Source: Candidatus Woesebacteria bacterium GW2011_GWB1_38_8b (GTDB lineage Bacteria > Patescibacteriota > Microgenomatia > UBA8517). Taken from it: a DNA stretch of 64,000 nucleotides. Shown here in pieces: positions 27,475 to 36,483 of the stretch. Made by a program: the position numbers and the translations under genes. Where the stretch lies: assembly GCA_000993115.1 (NCBI GenBank), contig LBVN01000007.1, forward strand, positions 3,587 to 67,586, given 5' to 3'. The notes beneath the pieces were generated by a model. That model ran no database searches. It was not told the origin of the DNA and saw only the letters and a program-made list of their open reading frames with translations. Position 1 is the stretch's first letter, and every line of letters begins with the position of its first letter.

Positions 27475-28806
27475 CTATTTTGGACTTTTCAAGTTCAATA
27501 TTAGCATATCCGTTATAACTTTTGGGTTGCCTTTTCCACCCAGTTTTTTCTGAACCATGCCTACCAAAAAGCCTATAACGGCTCCTTTTCCGCTATTGTA
27601 ATCAGAAACTGCTTTTGGGAACTCGTGTAGAACTTCATACACGGCATTTGTGTTTTCGTCAGTCGTGGAATAATCTTTTTTTGTAATTTCCAAAAGTTTC
27701 TTAATAAATAATTCAGGTTCCGGGTATTCCTGATCCAGGTTTTTATTTACCATTAGATTTGCGATTGTATTTAAGCCTATGGAATATTTTTTATCCAGCT
27801 CGGCCAACTTATCAAAATACTCAGACCGTTTTTTGTCTGACAACAAAACCTCTATATAGTTTTGTGGGATTTTGTAATCATTTGCGAATCGTACACGCTT
27901 TTCTTGAGGCATTTCTCCTATTTCACTTTTTATTACGAAGATAAACTTATCTTCAAAGCGAAAAGGCGGAATATCGGGCTCAGGGAAATATCTATAATCT
28001 TGTGCTTCCTCCTTAATTCTTTGAGAAAAAGTTGTATTTTTAAGCTGGTCAAAGCCTCTTGTCTCCTGAGCAACTTTTACCCCTTTGTTTAAAAGATCTG
28101 CCTGTCTTTGAATTTCGTAATTTAGTGCCTTTTCCAAAAATCTGAATGAGTTTATATTTTTAAGTTCAATTTTATAATCAGGAAGAATTGAGTCTTTTTC
28201 AGGACGAAGAGATAAATTTGCCTCTAACCTCATTGACCCTTTTTCCATATCCGCTTGAGAAATTCCTAAATACCTTACGATAAGCTGAATTTCTTTTAAA
28301 AATTCAATTACATCGTCTACATTTTCAAAATCGGGTTCGGTTACCATTTCGCAAAGAGCAACGCCACTTCGATTAAAGTCAATTAAAGAGTACTGCCCGG
28401 TTTCGTCTTCGTAGTGCTGCAGCTTAGCTGTATCTTCTTCAAGATGTATTCGTCTTAAGTTAATAGTTTTACCGCTTTTTAAACTAATTTTACCGTTTAT
28501 ACAAAAAGGAAGATCATATTGGCTGATTTGGTAAGATTTCGGCAGATCCGGATACATATAATGTTTTCTATCGAATTTTGAAAATTTATTTACTTTTGAA
28601 TTTGTTGCCAATCCGAATTTTAATACATCCTTTATTGCTATCTTGTTAGGATAAGGCATAGCACCGGGAAGTCCCAGGCATGTTGGACACACTTGCGTAT
28701 TAGGTTCTTTTGCAAAATGAAGAGCACTGCAGGAACAAAACATTTTTGAAACTGTAGATAACTCAATATGCACCTCAAGACCAATCACGGGAATGTATTT
28801 ATTCAT
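27475..28806 (-). CDS. gatB: Asp/Glu-tRNA amidotransferase subunit B
   Basis: IGLEVHIEL, CPTCLGLPGAMP and LEEDTAKL motifs. Confidence 0.9.
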   Translation of the reverse strand: MNKYIPVIGLEVHIELSTVSKMFCSCSALHFAKEPNTQVCPTCLGLPGAMPYPNKIAIKDVLKFGLATNSKVNKFSKFDRKHYMYPDLPKSYQISQYDLPFCINGKISLKSGKTINLRRIHLEEDTAKLQHYEDETGQYSLIDFNRSGVALCEMVTEPDFENVDDVIEFLKEIQLIVRYLGISQADMEKGSMRLEANLSLRPEKDSILPDYKIELKNINSFRFLEKALNYEIQRQADLLNKGVKVAQETRGFDQLKNTTFSQRIKEEAQDYRYFPEPDIPPFRFEDKFIFVIKSEIGEMPQEKRVRFANDYKIPQNYIEVLLSDKKRSEYFDKLAELDKKYSIGLNTIANLMVNKNLDQEYPEPELFIKKLLEITKKDYSTTDENTNAVYEVLHEFPKAVSDYNSGKGAVIGFLVGMVQKKLGGKGNPKVITDMLILNLKSPK

Positions 28807-28815
28807 TTTATTTAC

Positions 28816-30060
28816 TTAAAGTTCGACATATAATTTACTTTGATTTTTCTTAATAAAAATCGTAATTGCCAAAAACATAAAGAACAATATTGTTAACAAA
28901 ACTCTAATTCCAAATACCTCAGAAATTATACCCGAAAATAGAATCGGGAAAATATTAATCAGAGTTGTTACAAACCATAAGTTTCCAAGTACCCTACCCC
29001 TTAGTTTTACAGGCGATTCTTCTTGGATAAGTGTTTGTAAAGGAATAACAACACCAACGAAGCTATAGCCAAGTACTCCGAATGAAAGTACCTGTATTAA
29101 TATTCTAATTGTTTGGTTGTTAATTTCTGGAAAAATAATAGCTAGGAAAAACAATACAAATACCAAAGTCATAAGGCTTTTATATATAATTTTTATCTTT
29201 CTTCTGTTCTTCAAAAGTAATTTTGGTATTAAGTAAGATGAGGCAATTGAACCGATTACCGTCGGCAGTACAATAAAAATGGAACCCAAATCCGAGTGCA
29301 TTCGAAGAAGGGTTTTAGAAATCTCAGGAATATTTACAACTACAACAGTGAGTGACGCGGTCATAATAATTTGAAGTATATAAGAATACAAAAGTTTTTG
29401 ATTACTCCTAATATAGTTATACCCTTCAAATATTTCTTTTATAAACTCCATCAAATTACTTTCTAAATTAAGAGCGGTTTTTTTAGTAACTGTACTAGGT
29501 AAAAATGTAACCGATACAAAAGCAATCAAAAGAAATATTGAAGAGATATATAGCGTTATACTAAATCCTAGGAATTTATTAAAAATACCGGCAATAAGAA
29601 AACCAAATATTATAGCGACCTGCGTACTAGTAAAAAAAACACCATTGGCAACAGATAAATCTTTCTTTTTAACAACTTCAGTTAAACTAACAGTTTCTGC
29701 CGGGACGTATAACTGATTTAGTGTTGAATAAAGAAAGACTACAAAATAAATTGTAAAAATCGACTTTCCAAATAAGAAAGATAATAAGAAAACAAGAACT
29801 GCTTGGAAAAGATTGGTGTAAATAAGAAGTTTACGCCTGTCAAAGAAATCAACAAGTGTTGCAGCAAACGGGCCGAATATAAGTGAAGGAAGGGCATAAA
29901 ATATCCAGACTATCGATGTCGCTAAAGACGATCCTGTTTCACTGTATATTTTTAAAATAAATAGAAAATTTAAAAGTTGTATCGTCACCTGAGAAAGGTT
30001 TTGAGAAACAAATAAATAGAAAAAATTTCGGTTTGAAAATATTTTTTTCCACTCTTCCAT
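28816..30060 (-). CDS. MFS transporter
   Basis: 414 aa with about 12 predicted TM segments and an MFS-like DRRKLL loop after TM2. Confidence 0.65.
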   Translation of the reverse strand: MEEWKKIFSNRNFFYLFVSQNLSQVTIQLLNFLFILKIYSETGSSLATSIVWIFYALPSLIFGPFAATLVDFFDRRKLLIYTNLFQAVLVFLLSFLFGKSIFTIYFVVFLYSTLNQLYVPAETVSLTEVVKKKDLSVANGVFFTSTQVAIIFGFLIAGIFNKFLGFSITLYISSIFLLIAFVSVTFLPSTVTKKTALNLESNLMEFIKEIFEGYNYIRSNQKLLYSYILQIIMTASLTVVVVNIPEISKTLLRMHSDLGSIFIVLPTVIGSIASSYLIPKLLLKNRRKIKIIYKSLMTLVFVLFFLAIIFPEINNQTIRILIQVLSFGVLGYSFVGVVIPLQTLIQEESPVKLRGRVLGNLWFVTTLINIFPILFSGIISEVFGIRVLLTILFFMFLAITIFIKKNQSKLYVEL

Positions 30061-30068
30061 ATGAAAAA

Positions 30069-31460
30069 TTAAAATTTAGGCGGCTCGAATTTATAATTTG
30101 TGAAACTTTCAAAATCCCGTGCCATTTTAAAAATAAGTTTTTCTGAAAATCGTGGTCCCATTAATTGAAAACCAAGCGATAAGCCGTTATGTATCCCAAA
30201 AGGGACCGAAAGTCCCGGTATACCTGCAATATTTGCGGGTACTGTTAACACATCAGAAAGATACATTTTTAGAGGGTCATTGACTTTTTCACCAAGTTTA
30301 AAGGGTTGTGACGGTGAAACAGGAGCAATTAATAGATCGACTTCATCGAACGCCTTATCTAATTCATTTATAATGAGCGTCCTAACTTGAGTTGCCTTTT
30401 TGTAATAGGCATCGTAATAGCCTGAAGATAACACAAAATTGCCTAGAATTATTCTTCTTTTTGCTTCAGCCCCAAATGAGTTTCTGGGATTTCCAAATCG
30501 TATTCCATCATATCTTCCGAGATTTGAGCAGACTTCAGCAGGTTGAATTATATAATAAACAGATATTGCATGTTTTGTGTTTGGAAGATTAACTTCCTTA
30601 AATTTATAATTGTTCTTCTCAAATATTTTTATAGCTTCGTGAACTTTATCGGAAACTACCTGATCAACACCTTTTTCGAAATATTGCTTAGGAATACCAA
30701 CAGTAATATTATCTTTTTGCTTTTTGTCCTCGTCTTTAAGAGTTGCGTCGCATAAATCCACGCCAGATGATATCTTGAAAACATTTTCAATATCCGAAAT
30801 ATTGTTTCCAAAATGTCCTACAGTATCAAGTGATGATGCCATTGCAATAACTCCATATCTTGAAACCGATCCATATGTAGGCTTAAGTCCGTATATACCG
30901 CAAAAATTTGCCGGTTGTCTTATTGATCCCCCGGTATCTGTCCCAAAAGACACATGATTAAATCCGGCAGCTACTGATACTGCCGACCCACTTGAAGAAC
31001 CCCCTGGTACATAAGCTTTATTCCAAGGATTAAGTGTCGGCCCAAAATCAGAGTTTTCTCCTGAAGCTCCATGTGCCCAAGCATCGCAATTAGTTTTACC
31101 GATAATTATTGCACCTGCCTTTTTTATTTTATCGACAACTTTCGCCGAATAAGGAGGGATGAATGAATCTAATACTTTAGATCCCGCAGTTGTTCTAAGG
31201 CCTTTTGTTAGAAATAAATCTTTAAAAGAAACAATGCATCCAAGCAATGGATATTTTTCAAAAATTTGGTCTGGGTTTTCTTTTAAAAGACCGTCGTATT
31301 TTTTTGCAAGTTCGTAAGATTCATCTTCGTTAAGTGTCAAAAAAACATTTAGATCTTTATTTTTCTCGTTTATTTTTGTTAAGAAATGTGAGACAACATC
31401 TCTTACAGATATCTTTTTATTTCTTAACGCATTTTGCGTAGTTCTAACAGAAGTAAACAT
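30069..31460 (-). CDS. gatA: Asp/Glu-tRNA amidotransferase subunit A (amidase signature)
   Basis: GGSSSGSAVSVAAG and GTDTGGSIRQPA motifs. Confidence 0.9.
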   Translation of the reverse strand: MFTSVRTTQNALRNKKISVRDVVSHFLTKINEKNKDLNVFLTLNEDESYELAKKYDGLLKENPDQIFEKYPLLGCIVSFKDLFLTKGLRTTAGSKVLDSFIPPYSAKVVDKIKKAGAIIIGKTNCDAWAHGASGENSDFGPTLNPWNKAYVPGGSSSGSAVSVAAGFNHVSFGTDTGGSIRQPANFCGIYGLKPTYGSVSRYGVIAMASSLDTVGHFGNNISDIENVFKISSGVDLCDATLKDEDKKQKDNITVGIPKQYFEKGVDQVVSDKVHEAIKIFEKNNYKFKEVNLPNTKHAISVYYIIQPAEVCSNLGRYDGIRFGNPRNSFGAEAKRRIILGNFVLSSGYYDAYYKKATQVRTLIINELDKAFDEVDLLIAPVSPSQPFKLGEKVNDPLKMYLSDVLTVPANIAGIPGLSVPFGIHNGLSLGFQLMGPRFSEKLIFKMARDFESFTNYKFEPPKF

Positions 31461-31461
31461 C

Positions 31462-31761
31462 TTATTTTTTTAATATAATTGGTACTTTGAATAAATTATT
31501 TTTGTTATCATTTGCGTTATACATAACGTCTTCCAAGCTGAGTGTTTGATTTGTATCAATTTTGTCGGCACGGGTAATGTTTTCAAGCCCGGTTGTTTGG
31601 CTTGTTGGTAGGATATTTTTAGTGTTTGTTTCCTTTAATTCCTCAAAAAAAGTTATTACACTTGATAAATCGTAAGACAATTCTTTAACCTCTTTTTCAG
31701 TCAAAGTAAGCCCTGAAAGCTTAGCTAAGTGTAAAATATCAGATTTAGTTAAGTGAATCAT
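31462..31761 (-). CDS. gatC: Asp/Glu-tRNA amidotransferase subunit C
   Basis: MIHLTKSDILHLAKLSGLTLTEKEV... The start is set at the ATG at 31759-31761 rather than the upstream TTG. Confidence 0.75.
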   Translation of the reverse strand: MIHLTKSDILHLAKLSGLTLTEKEVKELSYDLSSVITFFEELKETNTKNILPTSQTTGLENITRADKIDTNQTLSLEDVMYNANDNKNNLFKVPIILKK

Positions 31762-31820
31762 ATTAAGTAAATCTTCACTATTGTACAGCAAAAAGTTAGT
31801 GGTTAAAATGGATTTATATT

Positions 31821-31908
31821 AAGCTCAAAAAATTTTACATTTTAAGCTTGATATATAGGAATACAGTTTATAATCAAAATGTTAGTATTAAAATCTTACA
31901 TTTTGATT
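31821..31908 (+). promoter_or_regulatory. conserved promoter/palindrome module upstream of the 31921 membrane-protein gene
   Basis: AAGCTC-17 nt-AAGCTTGATATATAGGAATAC-7 nt-AATCAAAATGTTA-12 nt-TACATTTTGATT-TAATAT-6 nt-ATG. The arms are 31872-31882 and 31898-31908. Confidence 0.55.
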
Positions 31909-31920
31909 TAATATGAATAT

Positions 31921-32283
31921 ATGGATAAGCCTCCTGCCTTGGTTAAGAAAGACAGATTTATTATTATATTTTACGTACTTTACTTCGGTTGGCTTCTTTT
32001 GACCACCTATTTAAGCCGAGACGATTTTTATAATAATTTACTCATATCTTTTGTAGTTATGATTTACTTTATATTTCTAAACGAAACTTTTGATCTGTTT
32101 TTGTTTTTGGGTATTACTCTCCTTTCATATTACTTGATGGGTAAGCTTTATGGTTATCCCGGTATCGTATTTACGCTAGAGTCTATAAAAACAATGCCTC
32201 TTTGGATTTATATTTCTTGGGGTTTTACAGCAGTTGCTCTTAAGAAACTTTTTTCAATGATTATAAGAAGGGTTGAAATATAA
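31921..32283 (+). CDS. hypothetical 4-TM membrane protein
   Basis: 120-aa hydrophobic ORF with no recognised family. Confidence 0.5.
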   Translation: MDKPPALVKKDRFIIIFYVLYFGWLLLTTYLSRDDFYNNLLISFVVMIYFIFLNETFDLFLFLGITLLSYYLMGKLYGYPGIVFTLESIKTMPLWIYISWGFTAVALKKLFSMIIRRVEI

Positions 32284-32286
32284 AAA

Positions 32287-33219
32287 CTACTCCATTTTAG
32301 TTAATGCGGCAATTCTTTCTTCAACCGGAGGATGGGTATTGAACAAATTAGAAAATATCCCCACAGCACTTTTAGTTTTATTTTTAAAAGGATTTTCTAT
32401 GTAGAGATGAGCTGTTGCTTTATTGGCAGCTTCCAGTGGTTCGGTGTCGGCGGCAATTTTTTTCAAAGCGGATATTAAACCATTTGGCTGCCTGGTTATC
32501 GCAACCGAAGTAGCATCTGCCGTAAACTCCCTGCGACGTGATATCGCCAACTGAATCAATTGTGCAATAATAGGAGAAAGTATTGCAAAAATAATTCCTA
32601 ATATTAAAAAAATAGCACCGATCTGACCGTTGTCGTTGTCGTTGCTTCTGCCTCTTCCGCGAAAACCTATTCTTAAAAACCAATCTGCAAGAAGTGCTAT
32701 AGATCCTACTAAAACAGAAACAACACTCATTAAACGAATGTCGTAATTTTTAATATGACCGTATTCGTGAGCTAAAACACCTTCAAGTTCTGTACGATTT
32801 AGTTTCGTAAGAAGTCCCGTTGTGGCACATATTACACCGTGATGCGGATCACGGCCCGTTGCAAATGCATTAGGTGCAGAGTCATCTATAACATAAAGCT
32901 TGGGTTTTGGTAATCCGGTTCCAATTGCTAGGTTTTCTGCGACTGTGTAGAAATCATAAAATTGTTTTCTATCGGCAGGTTTAGCACCGGAAATTCCCAA
33001 AACAATTTTATCAGAATAAAAGTAACTTCCAAAACTCATTAAACCTGAAATTATAAATGCCAAACCCAAAAATCCTAGACCACCGGGTTCATACCCGATG
33101 TAATATGAAAATGCGTTTGATAAAACGTAAAGTACTGAAGTTGTAAAAACAAAAAATACTATAACGATCAAAACACTTTTTCTTTTATTGCTGGCTACTG
33201 CTTCATAAATATTTTGCAT
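32287..33219 (-). CDS. htpX: zinc metalloprotease HtpX
   Basis: HEYGHIKNYD (HExxH), a TM topology typical of M48B, and a GRGRSNDNDNGQ low-complexity loop. Confidence 0.85.
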   Translation of the reverse strand: MQNIYEAVASNKRKSVLIVIVFFVFTTSVLYVLSNAFSYYIGYEPGGLGFLGLAFIISGLMSFGSYFYSDKIVLGISGAKPADRKQFYDFYTVAENLAIGTGLPKPKLYVIDDSAPNAFATGRDPHHGVICATTGLLTKLNRTELEGVLAHEYGHIKNYDIRLMSVVSVLVGSIALLADWFLRIGFRGRGRSNDNDNGQIGAIFLILGIIFAILSPIIAQLIQLAISRRREFTADATSVAITRQPNGLISALKKIAADTEPLEAANKATAHLYIENPFKNKTKSAVGIFSNLFNTHPPVEERIAALTKME

Positions 33220-33301
33220 ATATTATTTTTACTTGATTCTACGCCACACAGAAAACCTGGCGCAGTACACCTTACTAACAACGCGTATTTATTTTAGGCA
33301 A

Positions 33302-33892
33302 TTAATTTAATTTAACTTTAGGAGATTTCAACTCAGTCGCACTAACACTAACATGTTCTCCCTCAGTTGGTGTAATAAGTCCCGGTTGTTCCTCAAATTT
33401 AAAAATATTGGCAATGATACTTGATGGAAAACTTACTCTTTTGACATTAAAGTCAGCCGTTAAATCAATAACAAGTCTTCTGGCATACATTACTTTATCT
33501 GATGTATCCCGAAGCTCGTCCATCAACTTTGTAACCACTCCGTCAGCTTTTAATTCCGGATTACTTTCTACAAGAACTTGAATTCCGGGCAACACTGAAG
33601 CGAGTTTACTTCCTGCATCTGCCATTTTTTGCAGATTACCGCTTTTTACAGCTTCAGTAATTTGTTTTCTGGCATCAGTTAAATCTTTATAAATTCCTTT
33701 TTCGTGACTTAAATATCCTTTTGCAGATTCTTCCAAATTTGGAATTAAATCCGCCTGTCTTTTTAATTGATTTCCGATTTCCTGAACAGCAGCCTTGATT
33801 CTAGCCTTGCTTGCAACAAAAAAGTTATATAGTGAAATTACCCATGCAGCAATTGCTAATAGAACTAATAAAGGTATCAATAGAATTCCCAT
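33302..33892 (-). CDS. lemA: LemA family protein
   Basis: N-terminal TM segment followed by YNFFVASKARIKAAVQEIGNQLKRQADLIPNL. The start is set at the ATG at 33890-33892. Confidence 0.8.
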   Translation of the reverse strand: MGILLIPLLVLLAIAAWVISLYNFFVASKARIKAAVQEIGNQLKRQADLIPNLEESAKGYLSHEKGIYKDLTDARKQITEAVKSGNLQKMADAGSKLASVLPGIQVLVESNPELKADGVVTKLMDELRDTSDKVMYARRLVIDLTADFNVKRVSFPSSIIANIFKFEEQPGLITPTEGEHVSVSATELKSPKVKLN

Positions 33893-33980
33893 ATTTATCA
33901 CCACTTTCGTAAGCCAGAGGCTCTCAGAGACTAAGGTGGATTCTAAATTCACCCGTCTTCAGATTACTAAGCTTGGCAAA

Positions 33981-35816
33981 TTATTCTAACACTTTTTTAA
34001 ATTCATCAAAAGTCAAAGTATTGACTATATTATTTTTCTCAGCCCAACCCCGACGTGCGGTGTATATCCCGTAAATCATATTATCCATATGATCGATATG
34101 ATGTGCATCTGTACCCAATGTAAGTTTTACACCATATTTTACGGCATCTTTCACAAGATAATCAGGTAAATCCAGTCTCATTGGGTCAGCATTAATTTCA
34201 ATCCACTTATTGTATTTTAGAGCAAAATCAAATATTTTATCCCAGTCTAGTTCAACACCCTCTCTTTCATTCAATTTTCTACCGGTAGGATGAGCAAATA
34301 TCCTTACTCTTGGATTTTCAAGAGCCGACATAACACGTTTTGTCATCTCAGCCTTTTTTAATCGAAAGCTGGAATGTATTGAAACTAGGGCAAAATCCAG
34401 CAACTCAAGACATTTATCTGGAACCGGTAATCTTCCGTCAGGCACTATATCTATCTCGAGAGAATTGAATACATGTTTTACTCGTTGATTATTTGTTAAT
34501 GTGTTATTTATTTGTTCAACAATATATTTTTTCTTTTTCAATATTTCTATTATATCGTTATCGCTGTGGCCTTTTTGACTGGGATTGTGTTCTGTAAGAG
34601 CTATATATTCATAACCCAAATCATTTGCTTTAGCAATTATTTCTTCAATTGAAGATAAACCTAAATCATGACTTGTTTCGACATTAAAATCCGAGTGAAT
34701 CTGTAAATCAGCTTTAACATCCCCTATATTAACTAATTTGGGTAATCCGGGTAGTTTACCCTGAGCGCTTCGTTGGGATGCTTCAATTTCTCCATTATCT
34801 TCTCTTATCTCTGGCGGAATCCAGTCCATTCCTAAAGCATTGTAAAAATCCCTTTCTGTTTTGTATTCATAAATTTTCAATTTAGAATTATAATTTTTGT
34901 TTTCCAATCTAAAATTCGGAACAGACTTCTTTAATGTTTTAATACCTTTTTCTGATAGTGATAACCCTTTTTTCAAAGCAAACTCACGAAGTTTAATGTT
35001 GTGATGTTTGCTGCCAGTAAAATGTTGTAAAAGCGCGCCAAACGAAGAAGGATTTTGGGTAATTAAGTCAACCTGTACACCGCTTGGTAGTAAAATCGAC
35101 GCACTCGTCTCACCTTTTTCAACAATTCTACTTTTATTCGGATAATCGGTAAAATGCATAATAGATTTTTTCTTATCTTTTGTTGCAACTGCGATATCTA
35201 TATCTCCTACTGTTGAAGCTTTTCGTCGTAAGCTTCCTAAAACTTCAACTGTTTCACACACTGCTTCACGCTTCATCCAATCTACTATTTGATCGGATAT
35301 TTCAATTGCATAATTAAGTAAATGTCTGGTGCTGGTACCCTTGAAATCGTTTATTGCGTTAATAATTTCTTTTTCCGATTCAACTCCAAAATCAGATAGC
35401 TTAGAAATTTCTCCTTTTTTAGCATATCTTAATAAGCTTTTAATTGGATCTTTTTTATCTATTTTAAAGGCCTTTGAAAGTTTATCAGCAGTTTTAGGTC
35501 CAATTCCCGGAAGTTTTATAAGTTCATAAACGGAAGAGTCGATTCCACGAAAGACATCTTTAAAATGTTTGCTTTTACCGTTGAGAAAAATTTCCGACAA
35601 ATTTTCCGAAATGCTTTTACCGACCCCAGGAATTTCGTCAAGTTTATTGTCGTCATATAAATCTTTAGCTTCACTTGATAGGTGCTCGATAGCATCTGCG
35701 GCGCGCTCGTACGCAATTATTCTGAATTTATTTTTATCTTTGTCTTTTATTTCGTATGCAGAAGCTACGGAACGTAGTAAATCAGCAATTTCAAGATTGT
35801 TTATGTCTTTTTTCAT
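33981..35816 (-). CDS. polX: DNA polymerase X family protein with C-terminal PHP domain
   Basis: HhH motifs (IPGVGKSI, LPGIGPKT), a nucleotidyltransferase core (GSLRRKASTVGDIDIAV) and a PHP domain (DLQIHSDFN...TDAHH). Confidence 0.85.
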   Translation of the reverse strand: MKKDINNLEIADLLRSVASAYEIKDKDKNKFRIIAYERAADAIEHLSSEAKDLYDDNKLDEIPGVGKSISENLSEIFLNGKSKHFKDVFRGIDSSVYELIKLPGIGPKTADKLSKAFKIDKKDPIKSLLRYAKKGEISKLSDFGVESEKEIINAINDFKGTSTRHLLNYAIEISDQIVDWMKREAVCETVEVLGSLRRKASTVGDIDIAVATKDKKKSIMHFTDYPNKSRIVEKGETSASILLPSGVQVDLITQNPSSFGALLQHFTGSKHHNIKLREFALKKGLSLSEKGIKTLKKSVPNFRLENKNYNSKLKIYEYKTERDFYNALGMDWIPPEIREDNGEIEASQRSAQGKLPGLPKLVNIGDVKADLQIHSDFNVETSHDLGLSSIEEIIAKANDLGYEYIALTEHNPSQKGHSDNDIIEILKKKKYIVEQINNTLTNNQRVKHVFNSLEIDIVPDGRLPVPDKCLELLDFALVSIHSSFRLKKAEMTKRVMSALENPRVRIFAHPTGRKLNEREGVELDWDKIFDFALKYNKWIEINADPMRLDLPDYLVKDAVKYGVKLTLGTDAHHIDHMDNMIYGIYTARRGWAEKNNIVNTLTFDEFKKVLE

Positions 35817-35909
35817 TCTATATCTCTGTTCTTATATAATAAACACACCTGTGCGAAAGTAAAGAGGTTATGAAAAAACTAAATATAATATTTAAAATAA
35901 TTAAGATCG

Positions 35910-36302
35910 ATGGGAGAAAGAGATGAAGATGGTTTTGACTTTAGATTAATGTTTGTAACTACAGCATTTGCTGCTGGCATAATTGTAATACTTTATGCAA
36001 ATCAAAATAGAAGAAGAGATCTTAACTCTTTTAATCAACCCGTCATCCAATCAGTCTCCGAACCTCCTGATTATGGATTACAATGGAATTGGGATTGTAC
36101 CAATATCGATCCCGAACACGGAAGACCTAATTTTTATAGGGCAGTATTGTTTGCGGGAGATCGTAGGATTGTTGAACCGGGACCATATAAATATTTTGCT
36201 GGACCAAATAACCCAAGTCCCGATAAAAGCGAAAAAACTATCTACGATATGAATCAAATGAAACTCGTATACCTTGATGACACAATCTGTGTCGATCCGT
36301 AA
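35910..36302 (+). CDS. hypothetical membrane-anchored protein
   Basis: 130-aa ORF with one TM segment and no recognised family. Confidence 0.4.
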   Translation: MGERDEDGFDFRLMFVTTAFAAGIIVILYANQNRRRDLNSFNQPVIQSVSEPPDYGLQWNWDCTNIDPEHGRPNFYRAVLFAGDRRIVEPGPYKYFAGPNNPSPDKSEKTIYDMNQMKLVYLDDTICVDP

Positions 36303-36308
36303 AGCTAG

Positions 36309-36382
36309 CGGGGCTGAAGGGACTCGAACCCTCGACCTTCCGCGTGACAGGCGGACGCTCTAACCAGCTGAGCTACAACCCC
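36309..36382 (-). tRNA. tRNA-Asp (GUC)
   Basis: The minus strand reads GGGGTTGTAGCTCAGCTGGTTAGAGCGTCCGCCTGTCACGCGGAAGGTCGAGGGTTCGAGTCCCTTCAGCCCCG and folds as a cloverleaf by hand. CCA is not encoded. Confidence 0.9.
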
Positions 36383-36483
36383 ATACCAACACAGTGTTGG
36401 AAATTACAATAAACAAATTCCAAACAACAAATATTTGAAATTATTGTGCAATTATAAAACAATTAGCTTTATGAGGCAATCAG

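Noticed and set aside
36385-36399. Palindrome CCAACAC-A-GTGTTGG next to tRNA-Asp, considered as a terminator.
   Set aside because: The loop is too small for a stable RNA hairpin at full length, no U-tract follows on either strand, and it sits upstream of the tRNA 5' end.
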